From positions 1 through 64,000 of the forward strand of contig NW_027191471.1 of assembly GCF_011745625.1 (NCBI RefSeq): a stretch of DNA of 64,000 nucleotides, read 5' to 3'. This DNA comes from Cladosporium halotolerans (lineage: Eukaryota). Shown here piece after piece: positions 47,809 through 59,581 of this stretch. Below the pieces are notes generated by a model. The model was not told the DNA's origin, ran no database searches, and saw nothing but the letters and a program-made list of their open reading frames with translations. Position numbers and translations under genes: made by a program. How positions within the stretch are numbered: the stretch's first letter is position 1; each line of letters begins with the position of its first letter.

Positions 47809-49914
47809 ATCTTGATCGGCTCAAGAAAGCAGCGCCCAATCATTGGCGGTTTAGGGTGGGATATGGGTGGATGTCGGTCGAAGGGGATAATGCCACAAGT
47901 CGAGGCTGTCCCGAGACTTCAGGTGAGACATCTCTTAAACATCTGCCTACTTGTACTTTCCAGATAAAATCTAGCATAATGATATGGGCGTAGATTCAGA
48001 ACAACATCTACATTGATTCACCAACTGTGATAGGTAGGAAGGAGCCGGACAATCGCCGCTCGTCGGTGTTTTCACCATCGTGCGCTGCTGCGGCTGCGCG
48101 GAAAGTCGGCTTGCACGACGCGGCAAGACGCAGATGAAGATCATCGAAGTTTGCGGTGAATGGTGACATTTTCAACACTGCCGACGACCAACGCGCGTCA
48201 TTGCAGATTGGAGCATGTGCGGACTTCCCTAATAATGCTGAGTATATTGTACGGCCTGGTGACGAGCGTGCCCAGGATTAAGTACGGGTACCACCTGCGC
48301 GAACAGATGGCACTGGCAATGACGTGTTCGCATGCGTTGGCGTACACGGCCGTGCAGCGAAAGTCATTTGCTCTCATTTACGGTGCAGTACATGTCGGGC
48401 CGTCGGTGTCACCAACTGTATGTAGCGTGTGCTGAGAGTCATCGCAGTACTCGCATCAGATGTGATACGCCGCTAGGTTTTGGTCCCTTTGCAGCGCTGA
48501 AGTCAAACGAAGGTTCAAACGCACTTTGCTACGACGGACATTGCGATGATCCAGACCCACCGTCGCGCTAGACAACCTTCTGCCATCTCCTTCCTGCCTA
48601 AAGCGCCGAATCTGAAGCCGAGGGCAGCCTGATAAGCCAAGCCTCTGCTATGGAGATCCGCTTGTGTCGACTGCAATGTACGCAAATTGACGCATGTCTC
48701 GCAAAGTCCCTGTGTTCAATGGAAGGACAGAGCTGAGATCAGAGCGCCAACACACCGAGGCACCGGCGCAGCGGACAGCAGACTCCGGGCGTGCAGGCCA
48801 CGTGGGTCCAGGATCAAACGGTCACCCCAGCAAGCAACGCGGGTGGTTAGGGCAGGATTTTACCGGGTGAACATGCTCGACACGATGCTTCCTGGTTGTA
48901 CCCAGCGTCTTGTAGCGATTGACAAATGCCGTGCCACGATTATGCCAGGGCCTGGCGCTCATGCAGCCCAGATGGCGCGATGTGACTGGGCGTCTTCTTC
49001 GTCAAGGCCGCCGGGTCACAGGCAAGGGCTAAGGCCTTGGGGATCCTCTGTGCTCGGCACCAGCGTCGCGGCTTCTAGGGTCCAAAATCCGACGTAGCGA
49101 GGTTGGACAATAATGGGCGATCCAGCAGGCGTGAGAAGCATTGAGCCACATTTTTTCCGCACTTGAACCAGCAGCATGTCGCTGAAGTGAAGTAGTGACC
49201 AGCGGCGCCGCACCCACGGCATCGTCCCGGAATAGGCATGTGGTGATGATGCGCGGGAACACTCGGGCCCCTACGCATGCGCGCCTGGGGCTCCCGGCGC
49301 GGCACCCTGCGCTTAGCGCCATCTCCTCCCCCCACTCCACTGGTACAAGAGTACGCGGAGGGCGGCCCTCTCACTCCCATCCGCCCCCTCGCTACGCGTA
49401 GAGGAGACCGCGCGCGGTATTGTTGGCGGTGCGAAGCCACATACACACACCGGCGGTGTGTACTAGCTTTGGCGCCTGCCAACTGTATTGCACTGAGACT
49501 GCCCGGTGTGAGGACCCTGATCCGCCCACTCGTCTTACTAAGGCCGACAAATCGCGCACCCTTTCCGACGACAACCAGACGGCGCAACTGAATCTCACGG
49601 CCACACTGTTGCGCAATCGACAGTACGAATAGACTCGGTGTTGAAGTCTCTACCTCGTCACAATCGTACACCGCTACAGCCTCGATCCCAGCCACTCCCG
49701 CAAGCCGTCGCACTTCCTCCTGTCTCAGCCAAGCGATCAGACGTCCGGCGCTCCAAGAAGAATTGCCGGCCAGACACATCTGCTGTGCGTCTCCAGGAAT
49801 CCGAACAGTGGCCAGGATGTGCGCTGAAGTGCACAACACTAGCAGAAGAGGCATACACACACAGTACAAAGAACCGCAGCGCGGACACCCGTCCTTCCAT
49901 TGACCCGACCGAAC

Positions 49915-50802
49915 ATGTCTATCTGGCGTGGCATACAGTCAGCAATCTTCTACTACGTGTCGTGCGCACCTTGTGCCGACGCATCGACTCGCAAGCAACG
50001 AAAGCGACAAGCCGTCCACGATGAACAGCTCCGGACAGAGCTCGAGGCCGCGCACCCGGATTACCCGTCGCAAGCGGCGCCTGGATCGGTAAATCCCAAT
50101 TGGCAGATCGAGATCGAATCCGGACCTCGATTGCCCAGGAAGCAATTGAGAGCTTTGGAAGGGGACATCAATCGGACAAGATCCAGGGACTTGAACAGAG
50201 TGGACAGCAGTGGCGGGCCGAAGGCATTGGGACGTAGGGACAGCAAGAGGGACCTGAAGCCGAGCGCTACGCAAAGCACCACCAGCAGTAAAGCACAGAG
50301 CTCAATGGACATATACAACACACAGCGCCACCTCATGGTCTACCAACGACCGGACGAAGAGCTCTGGGGCACCCCCTCGACATCTACTGTCAACCTGCCG
50401 ACACGGCCTGGCACAGCACGAACGAAAAGCTCAACCACCCCGCACCTATACCACCAAAAACAACATCCCGCCGTCAACGACCTTCATCCTCCAACAACAC
50501 GCAAAGTCACCTCGCGCGAAGAAGTCGCCTGGATGCTGCAGCCCTTACCAAGCGCAGCAGTGATGACAGGCAAAGAAGAACCGCACAGGGCGCGTAGCAG
50601 AACAAACAGCGACGTGAGCAGAAAATCGCCGAAGAGCAGCAAAAGCATCCCGGCGCCCCTCACACCCATCGAAGCCTACCATCCCTCAGAGGAGACCATC
50701 ATCCATACCCCCGACTCAGAAGAGGTCTTCGCCGAACCGGAACAGTGGATCTGGGAGACGACTAAGAGAGACGTCTCGGCGAGGAGGAGTTTGGAATGGT
50801 GA
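49915..50802 (+). CDS. Uncharacterised protein (295 aa)
   Basis: ATG 49915; motif-like blocks QSAIFYYVSCAPC, NPNWQIEIESGP, YQRPDEELWG, PAVNDLHPP, VAWMLQPLPSAAVMTGK separated by low-complexity linkers. Confidence 0.8.
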   Translation: MSIWRGIQSAIFYYVSCAPCADASTRKQRKRQAVHDEQLRTELEAAHPDYPSQAAPGSVNPNWQIEIESGPRLPRKQLRALEGDINRTRSRDLNRVDSSGGPKALGRRDSKRDLKPSATQSTTSSKAQSSMDIYNTQRHLMVYQRPDEELWGTPSTSTVNLPTRPGTARTKSSTTPHLYHQKQHPAVNDLHPPTTRKVTSREEVAWMLQPLPSAAVMTGKEEPHRARSRTNSDVSRKSPKSSKSIPAPLTPIEAYHPSEETIIHTPDSEEVFAEPEQWIWETTKRDVSARRSLEW

Positions 50803-51191
50803 TCGATCGCCTCTCGATTCGAAAGTTTCTTTCTTTGGTTCACACGACACGATATTTATCTCCTTTCATCATTTTTGGTTTAACAAGCGTTCAGAGCATG
50901 GAGTTCTGCCGGACATTGGATGGATATGGCGCGCGCATAGCCAGGCGCTGACGGCTTCTTGAGGACGCCTACAGGCGGTGCCTGTTTGTTTTAATTGTTG
51001 GGTTTTGATTTCTTGTTGGGTTCGAATATGTCGTACTGGAAATAGCAACCGCAGGGCTACAGTGGTTTCAGATTGAATGCAGTCCAAATTGGCTTCCGCC
51101 TGAATCTTTCCTTGACTTCAATTGAAACAATCTACAAAAGAAGAACCGCAGAAATGTGCTTCTTCCCCCCACCACCACCCCTTTTCATGGC

Positions 51192-52751
51192 TCAACGTCT
51201 GAATCTCTGCAAGACCGTCCTGATCCTAGATCTATTGGCCTGGTGGGTAGCTCGAACAAGATCGGTCGTAGCGACTTCGGTCGGTTCGTCGTGGCCACGG
51301 TCCCGGCTACAAGTTCCAGACGGGAAGCCAAACATCGACCTGGAGTCGTGAGCTAGAATTACGCGATGGAGTTTTGCATATTCGGCTGCACTCCATGTCT
51401 GTGACGCCAGATCCAGCGCAGTGAGGCCGGCGTTGTCTATGACTCCAATGTCTGCGCCAGAACCACACAGCAGCTCGACGCAAGCAATTGATGAGTCCAT
51501 TCCGGATCGCACAGCGTACATCAAGGCGGTACGACCATTCCCGTCAATAGCATTCGGAGATGCGCCCATACCCAGAAGTTCTTCGACGAGGGTCAGATCC
51601 GTCGTCTCAGCCGCTCGCATGAGAGCCGTCCGACCCCATTGTTTCCAATCTGGCGCGTCCACGGGCACGCTGTGACAGACGAGAAGCCGAATGCATGAGC
51701 TCCCATCCGCACTCGTGCCACGCCCGCACCAGCGGAAATCTGGCTCGACGACAGCGTGCAACGCAGCAATCAAGTCTGATGACACTGAGTGCTCCGAGCG
51801 GATCGCATGGTCTCCACCGCGTTCAAGCAGTAGACTCAACATTCTATGGTTCCGTTGCCAAGCTGCGAAGCATGCCAAAGGAAAATCCCCGAGAGCAAAG
51901 CCATTCCCAAGGAGATTTACGGCGCCAAGGCAACTCATAGACACCTTTTCTCCCAATGGCGCGACCGCTTGCTTGTCTAAGCAGCGGCGGACAATGTGTT
52001 CGTGGCCGCAAACCAGAGCCAAAGCGACTGGAGAGCTTGTTGCGACGATGGCGTTGGAATAAGCATACATGGGCTCCAGATTAACTTGTAACATGAACCC
52101 CGGTAGCACGAATCGCAACGCAGCAAACACATTCAGAGTGATCGGACATGTCAGTCGTCTTGCTCCAAGATCTGCGCCTGCTCTGTCCAGGGTGTCCAAT
52201 ATTGCCATGTCTCCTGTGACGCACGCAGCATGTGCTGCGGATCCAAGCAGCCCACAGCCTTGATTCACGTCGGCGTTGCTCCTAATCAGAAGCTGCACGA
52301 CGTCGACGTGACGCCCTAGTATGGCAAGACAGAGAGGGGTGCCGAAGAGGTTATCAGCCGCATGGATGTCAGCTCCCTGAGAGATCAAGAGTCGCACTGT
52401 GTCCGTCAATCCCCACCAGGCGGCATGATGGAGCGGAGTGAATTGGTTGACATCGCGATGGTGGACATTCGCACCTTGGGTGAGTAGGTAATGGAGACGT
52501 CGAATGCCTTGCCTGTGCGTACATGCTATCGTGAATTCTAGGTGGATCTGGTTTTCCGGAGGTTGCGTTGTTACGTGTGGAACATACTCGGAATGATAAT
52601 CTGTCAGGCCAAGTCAGCATATGACAGATTCTGTATGGGCCGATGAAGACAATGGTGCCCTAAATTGTTTCGTACTGTAAAAGTTACCGATGTGCTGGCG
52701 CGCAAGGCCGTCCGCTCGGATGTTCTCGAAGCGAAATCGACCTGAATCCAT
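51192..52751 (-). CDS. Ankyrin-repeat protein (494 aa) with an N-terminal HET-s-like amyloid signalling motif and no NOD domain
   Basis: Exon 1 52751-52676 (MDSGRFRFENIRADGLARQHIGNFY); intron 52675-52601 (GTACGA..GCTGAC..CAG); exon 2 52600-51192 with ~9-10 ankyrin repeats (TPLHHAA, GTPLCLA, GRTALMRAA, GRTALMYAV, GLTALDLA). Confidence 0.85.
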
Positions 52752-53100
52752 ACCAGTTGACGGACTTATAACATGCTAATTTCAGCAGCCTCTGAGTAAG
52801 CCGTGATGGTTGGTGCCTGTGCAAATAAGAGAATGGGTGAGCAGAGCAAACCATGGATGGATGGATGCGATGCAAAATCTGCCTCCAGACACAAGTACGT
52901 ACAGACAGTACAGTGAGCACGCAGATGCGCCACCAACCGGGGATTCCTCATCAGCGTCCAATGACAACAAGGAGACGTTTGTGAAATTTGGCATCTGTCA
53001 TCTGAGAGTTGGAATACGAATTGCTCAATCTCTTCATCATATACATACATGCCGTACCAGCACCAACAAATTCCAAAGCCGAATGACCGAATACCATCTC

Positions 53101-55488
53101 TCAAGTCCACAACCTGACCGTCCCATCAGCACCTGCGCTGACGCACCAAGCCTCTCTGGGATGCCAGTCAAGGTCCAGCACACCGAGCTCCTTGACGACC
53201 TTGTGGCCTCTCAGCACCTTCAGCGGCACCACGGTAGCGTTCTCCATGCTGTCTCCCACGACCTTGCCATGGAATACCTGCACAGAACCGTCGTCACTTG
53301 CGTCGGCGAAGAGCGGCAGTGAAGGATGGAACTTAGCGCTGCGGATAGCTTTGTCGTGGTAGCGGAGGACCTTGTACGGCGTCGTTCCGAGGTCCATGTC
53401 GTGCCACAGAAGTCTCCTGTCGTAAGAGGAGACGATGAGGTTGCTGCCGAGAGGGTGAAGGGAGATGGATGAGATCCAGCGGGCACCGGGCTGGAGCTCA
53501 CGCTCAAGCTTCTGCTGCTGCAGATCGTAGACACGAACACGCTGGCGGGTGGCGACAAAGAAAAGAGGCTTAGACGGGTGGAAAGTTGCAGTCTGAGCGA
53601 GACCTCGGAGGCGACGGAATGGGTGTTGCGAAAGGTGTTTGCTGAGGGTGTGAATGGCGACTGCGGTAGACGTCGCGCTGGTGTTAGGGCAGACGGTAGC
53701 GAAGTAATCGCCACGGCGGTGCCAGACGAAAGTCTTCGGCATCGAGCGAAGGGAAATTGTGAGATATACTCCCTGTGAGCCGTGTGCCGGAATCGGCCGG
53801 TGCCAGCTTGAAGGAGAAGGCTTGTCGGCGCCCGATGCAGTCTTGAGAGGCTGGTTCGCGTTGGGGTTGTTAAACCCGGCCGTGATAAGCTCAATGGCTT
53901 GAGTCTCGGCCTCGGGCGTTGTGACGGATGCTGAGGGGACGATGAAGTGCACGCTGTCGCTGCAGCAGGCAGCAAGAATGGGTGGGTCTGTAGTCGGCCG
54001 CCATGAAACAACATTCACAGCATCCGTTGTGGAAAGCTTCACTCGCTGGAAACAGTAGCCCGTCTTCAGTTCCCAAATGCGGACGGTACCATCGTCACCA
54101 CCAGATGCAAGATACTGACCAGAGGGGTCAATTGCAACAGTCCGGACTCTTCCGTCGTGGCCCTTGAAAACAGTAGCCACATGATCGGGGAACGGACGCA
54201 GCTCTGCAGGGTCGGGCAACTTTGGAAGCAAGCTCTCCGGGTCAATGTTGAGCTTGCTTCTCCGTACTCTAGGCGCGAGATATAGGTCCAGGCATCTTTC
54301 GAACTTCTCTTTGACAAACCTGGCGTACCCAGGAACTCTACGCAGGGCGGAATGGTCTTGGGGCAGATAGTCACGCGTGCGATCCTCCTCGTCTGCCTGC
54401 TCCCATGCTTCCCTCTCCGCCTTGTCAGGCAAGTACTCTGCGGGCGGGTGGTAACTCTCTTCGTATCCTGGCGGTGGGAGCTTAGGCGCAGGGACGTTCA
54501 TGATGTGATCAGGACGAGGAGCCTCATCAGCCCAGACATCATATGTCGCAAAGTCCTCTTGTTCATCCTTCTCCTTATCTTCCTCGGTAGGCTCACGGTA
54601 AGGCTGGATGCGACCCTCCTTGATCGCCTTGACCATCTTCATGACACGCTTGTGCTCGTGCATAGAGGGAACGAAACGTCTCTTCGGCTCCGGCGCAGCA
54701 GACAGCGGCATGATCTCCTGGTTGTGCTTGCCAGTAAACCACTCGACCATGTCCGGGTAGGGGTCATAGCCCTCTCCAGGTCGCTCGTTGCGCGTCAATT
54801 GTTTGAGGACCTCAAGCTCTTCGCGACTGAGGTTGAGAGGCTTGCCAGTCGCAGGATCGGTAAGGCCGGTCCAGCCTTCAGGTAGGTCAATGCTATCCAA
54901 GAGTGAATCGAGTGCTTCTCCCTTTGCGGGGCGAGCAATGCGCTTTCCATTGATGTCGTAACCGATGTGCGGGTATGCATCGTAGTATGAAAGCGGGATG
55001 TTGCCAATGGTGTTCACGCCGTCTGGGGCGTCAGAATCGTCAGAGTCGTAGTTGGGCTCGATCTCTTTGTACACGTAGCGCTCATTGCCGTTCGCGTCGG
55101 TCTCGATGGTATAGTTGGGCTTGTCCGCATCATCTGCTAGAGGCTTGACTGGTGTGCCGGAGGAGATAGATGCAATGTCCTTGGCCGTGTCGGTTCCTGT
55201 GAGCTTCTTGGTGTCTCTCGTCTTAAGGTCGCGAATCTGCTGTCGCACGTCCTCTTCCTCCTCATCTTCAGAAGATGGTATCTCGTCACTGTCTAGTTCT
55301 TCATCCTCGTCCTCATCCTCCTCAAACTCCTCTTCGCTTCCGTCTTCACTCGCGCCGTCCTCCGAGCTGCTTCCATCGTCGATTGCGCCGTCGAGCAATC
55401 CGTTTCCCAGGGCGTCGTCCTCCTCTTGCTGCTTTGGTCTAGGCACCTCCACGACCTTGCGCTTCTGTCCAGCACGTTGTGGTGCCAT
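53101..55488 (-). CDS. ERB1: Ribosome biogenesis protein Erb1/Bop1 (BOP1NT + WD40)
   Basis: [60 protein letters not shown]40 repeats ending [14 protein letters not shown]. Confidence 0.98.
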   Translation of the reverse strand: MAPQRAGQKRKVVEVPRPKQQEEDDALGNGLLDGAIDDGSSSEDGASEDGSEEEFEEDEDEDEELDSDEIPSSEDEEEEDVRQQIRDLKTRDTKKLTGTDTAKDIASISSGTPVKPLADDADKPNYTIETDANGNERYVYKEIEPNYDSDDSDAPDGVNTIGNIPLSYYDAYPHIGYDINGKRIARPAKGEALDSLLDSIDLPEGWTGLTDPATGKPLNLSREELEVLKQLTRNERPGEGYDPYPDMVEWFTGKHNQEIMPLSAAPEPKRRFVPSMHEHKRVMKMVKAIKEGRIQPYREPTEEDKEKDEQEDFATYDVWADEAPRPDHIMNVPAPKLPPPGYEESYHPPAEYLPDKAEREAWEQADEEDRTRDYLPQDHSALRRVPGYARFVKEKFERCLDLYLAPRVRRSKLNIDPESLLPKLPDPAELRPFPDHVATVFKGHDGRVRTVAIDPSGQYLASGGDDGTVRIWELKTGYCFQRVKLSTTDAVNVVSWRPTTDPPILAACCSDSVHFIVPSASVTTPEAETQAIELITAGFNNPNANQPLKTASGADKPSPSSWHRPIPAHGSQGVYLTISLRSMPKTFVWHRRGDYFATVCPNTSATSTAVAIHTLSKHLSQHPFRRLRGLAQTATFHPSKPLFFVATRQRVRVYDLQQQKLERELQPGARWISSISLHPLGSNLIVSSYDRRLLWHDMDLGTTPYKVLRYHDKAIRSAKFHPSLPLFADASDDGSVQVFHGKVVGDSMENATVVPLKVLRGHKVVKELGVLDLDWHPREAWCVSAGADGTVRLWT

Positions 55489-55846
55489 TTTTGGTTGTGA
55501 TACTCAAGAGTGGCCTGAGGAATATTTCAGGTCTTCACGGCCAAACGTCTTCTAGAAAAAAGCTTCAAACTTCGAGTTCCCTCGGCCTAGCGCCAAGATG
55601 CGCGAAGATCCCTGCGCGCAAGCGAACGGAAAGCGGCGCGGGCCTAGCCTTATCGCCGCTTTAGTGAGGCCTGGGGCTGAGGCTGACGGAGTCAACAGCA
55701 AAGTGGGGATGAAGGTAGCAGGCAGAAAGAGCATGCGGTATATTTCCTAATGAGCATCTTATAGCGACGCCTCAGGAGATCTGTCGAATATCAGTCAATT
55801 TCTTTCATGACAGAAGCGAAACTCTTGTATTCTTGCATGCGTTAGG

Positions 55847-57242
55847 ATGATTTTGGCCTCGCAAGAACAAACGCAAAGTGCTTTGGACGACATGCAGGTC
55901 AAGAGACGAGCTGCTTGCGATGAATGCAGTATGCCTCGCAGTCTTGATATATCAAACTTCAGCTATGTCTAACATTGTGTTATCGGTAGGATCTAAGAAA
56001 CTGAAGTGCTCAGGAGAGCAGCCATCTTGCGCCAGATGCGTGCGAGAAAACATCAAATGCACATATTCACCTCAAAGCCGAATGGGTCGTCCAAAGAAAC
56101 GTCAAAGGGCTGATGATAATATCGATAATAATTCTGGAGAGTCTGGGCTGCCTTTCACTCAGCTCGTCGACCCTGAGCTAACCAACTTGCAACCGGGTGA
56201 GCTACAGGCCTTCGAGAACAACGCCTTCACCAGCGGAAACGGGGGACCCCGTCCAGCTTCAACGGTTCCTGACGTGAACTCTGTCGTGGAACATGCTTTG
56301 CAGCCTTGGATGCTTCCAGGCGGCTTCGACTTTGATCTGGATGCCTTGAACAACCACGGCGTGGATAATGCCATCCTACCAGACCTGACGCCTGATGGCA
56401 GTTCTCATGATAGCCCGCCGGTCTTGTCATTACCTCCAGAGCTGCAAAACATTCCTCAAACGATCCAAATTTCTATTGTCACTCCTTCCAATGACACAGC
56501 TATCAGGGCAAACTCCTCTGACGATCAATCACCATTGGCGACCTGTGCCTGCCTTTCCACCCTCTATCTGACCCTTTCCAACCTCACTACAATGGATCCG
56601 GCCTTCCCTTTTCCCACCTCTCTCCATCCGCTTCGCGAAGCGATGTCGACAGCGTCTCAGGTGATGACTTGCCCAAGCTGCCCGAAACGATTCATCACCG
56701 GTCTGCAGAACGTCTCACTGTTAAACGCCCTGCTGATGTCGCTCGCGGACCGCTTTTCACGAATTCTGACCTCGATCTCAAACGAAGCCACCACTCTGGA
56801 AGCTCACAACGCCAGCGTGCCAGCGACCGAACAAAAAACAAAGACCTTCCGGCTCGCGGACCTCTCCACACCAGGCCACCTTCACACCGGCGGCATCGGT
56901 TGCGCAGCGGCCTTCAACCTATCCCTTTCGCCAGCTGAGTGGCGCAGCATGGTCAAGAAGGTCGTCCGCGCTGAAGTTCACGGGCCAGCAGATGGCAACG
57001 AGTGCTGTCCGTGCTTGCTCGGCCTGATTGCGCAGATGGAAAAGCGGCAGGACCGCTGGCATCAAGCTCCGCCTGCGCAGGACTTTCCTCGGGGCGGTGA
57101 TGGTGAGTTCTTGTCGAGGGATTTCCGGCTGGCTGGTGGATGTGGAAATGGAAGCGAGGAGGCGCGTGAGGAGGAGGAGCACGTTTGTTTGAAAATGTTG
57201 GCTGGGACGAGGAGGATGGTGGAGAGTTTCGATTGGACTTGA
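55847..57242 (+). CDS. Zn(II)2Cys6 transcription factor with an AflR-like C-terminal region
   Basis: Exons 55847-55928, 55990-57242; RRAACDEC^RSKKLKCSGEQPSCARCVRENIKCTYS..MGRPKK; C-terminal CACL...CPSCP. The start could instead be ATG 55892. Confidence 0.92.
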
Positions 57243-57463
57243 TGGGAGCGTATCTTTTTGCACTCGACTTTCCATGCGATTTCAGATCTGAATCAGGGCC
57301 AGAAGGGACGAGGAAAGAAGGTGACAGGATGGCCGCGCAAGATTCGATGCATTTGCGTCTTTCATGACATTACGATACAGTTAGTTCCTTGAGTGCCACG
57401 CTCGAAATACCTTCAACCTTCGTACAATTACACGGTGTCCATTTTTCCAGCAAATCCTCTTGT

Positions 57464-59137
57464 CTAATCTTCTTCCTCGTCGTCAAGCACGACCTTTCTC
57501 CTCTTTCTTGTCGCCTGCACCGCCGCGTCTTCATCATCGTCCTCACCCTTGGCGTCATCGTCATCGTCTCCGGCTCGTCCTCGCTTTGGGCTAGCCTCAC
57601 GAATGCCATCATCTTCGTCGTCATCGTCCTCCACAACTTCCTCCTCGTCGCTGCCAGCAACGAAATCGTCTTCCTCGTCGTACTCATCCGCCTTGCTCTG
57701 GAAGCCTCTTCGTCCGTAGTCCTCCTCAGACGAGTACTCCGAGTTGGCGCGGCGCTGGCGGGGTTTCCGCGCTTTCGCGCCGCCCCTACGCCCTTGTGAC
57801 TCGAATCCAAGCTCTTCGTCGTCTTCCAGCATTGATGCGTTGAGTCCTCCCCGGCCAGAGCTGAGGCCGTGTCTGCCCAGTGCACGGCCAGCGCGCTCGT
57901 TCTCGCGCTCCTCCTGCGCCTGTCGACGTCTCCTGGCGCGCGCTTTCTCGCGCTCAGCGAGCTCGGCTTGGCGACGTGCGAGTTCAGGGTCTTCGTCTAC
58001 GACCGCGAGGTCGCCGTTCGTACCCTTCACACGAGAGGCGTTGGAGGCGGCTGCGAGGGATGTCTGAAGTTGTGTAATAGCGTCGTCGACGACGGATGCG
58101 GATTGCATGATTCTGAGTCCCGCGGTGAGCTTATTGGAAACCCGGAGCGAGCCTACGGCGGGATAAGGCGCAACAAGATAGGTGAATGTGTCGGGATGGG
58201 AACCGTTCTTTTCACCCTGACCCGTGCCGACGCGCCCTCCCCCCTGGCTACTTTTGATGGAAGTGGGTGTGGGCTTAACTGGGTTGCGCTGGTGTGGTGC
58301 AAGTGGGTTGCCTGTCATTTCGTATTGTGTTGTCGGGTCCGAGGCGAGCTGCATAGTGAGGGAGCCATCGCTCCAACGGAGGATACGCGCGTTCGATTGC
58401 AGCTCAGAAGGATTATTCGGCGAGCGTCGCCAGCGAAGAGTGGTCATGGCGGTATTGTATGGCGAGAAAGTAGCGGACGTGGTTTTCTTGTGGTGGTCCG
58501 CAGTAGGAGGCTGGAAGTCCGCGGGCTTCCATGCTTGAGGGTGAAAGGACATGAAGTTAGGCACCGACAAGATGTACATCTGTTGGCGCGATTAGCTTGG
58601 TGGACCGATTTCAAGACTTCGGTTGCATACTTCGCCGTCGCTGGGTTCCGGGCCAGCTTGTCTGGGAAGATCGAGATCCATAACGATCTTCTCCTGCTCG
58701 TGCATTTCAGGTTCGTCCTCCTGACCAATATCTCCAATGCGATCCTGTCTTCCTTCATCATCGCCTGAATCAAGCTCCTCATCATCGAGCTCTCGCCGGG
58801 TTGGCCTGGATAGCTGTTAGCGACGATAGTCTTCGCACTGAAAGTGTCGCACATACGCAGGCGCAGGGTCCCCCGGAAGCTCATCATCATCACCGCCATC
58901 TCCAAACAGATCGTCATCATCTTCTATGTCGCCTTGATCCTCATCCTCGGCTTCGGCGTTGCTCCTTACTCTGTCCTGCCTGCGACCCTTCCTCTGAATA
59001 TCCTCATCCTCTTCCTCATCATCATCACCCTCCGCCTGAGCGGTCTTGACTTCGCTCGTCACTCCATTAGATTCGTCAAAGTCGTTCTCAATGGGAGGCC
59101 GATCAATATCTGCGCTGACTGCAGCAGCTGAGGCCAT
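57464..59137 (-). CDS. LEO1: Paf1 complex subunit Leo1
   Basis: Exons 59137-58857, 58805-58631, 58579-57464; acidic N-terminus, VPNFMS, TLRWR, LQSNARILRWSDGSLTMQ, YDEEDDFV. Confidence 0.93.
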
Positions 59138-59581
59138 TGTCGCAGTGAGTTTGTTGGTACCAGCAGTGGATGAGATGTCGTTAGGTAGATGATGCGGAAA
59201 AGAGAAGAGTATGGCTTCTCAATGCAATGCTTTCGCGCGCGGCAAATCGTCAACAAGCGCACGGTGGTGTCTGGCGCGGCCGTGAATGCCACTTGCTGTG
59301 AGGTCGCGCGATGGAAAGTTGCGCACGCGCCTCATGCGCGCCGCTTCTCCCTGGCCGCTCGTAGGGCTGAACTCCTCCACTCGACGTTTCACATGCCTGC
59401 CCGCAGCCCAGACCTCCTGACTTTCGTCCCGCCTGCACACATATCCGCCGCCTCTTACGCTTCATCTCCCATCACAATCAGACGACACGAGACAGGGGAC
59501 TGCAGCTTAGCATCTGCACACGGGTCAAGCACCTACAACTCCTAAAAAGCCCCTTCACCGCTCTTGCCCCGTTACACCATC

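Noticed and set aside
47900..49900. 2-kb gap with several 100-260 aa ORFs
   Set aside because: No codon bias, motifs or consistent splice model; treated as a divergent promoter/UTR region. An ncRNA cannot be excluded by eye.
55847..57242. AflR-like TF as a marker of a secondary-metabolite cluster
   Set aside because: Flanked by ERB1 and LEO1; no PKS, NRPS, tailoring enzyme or transporter genes nearby.
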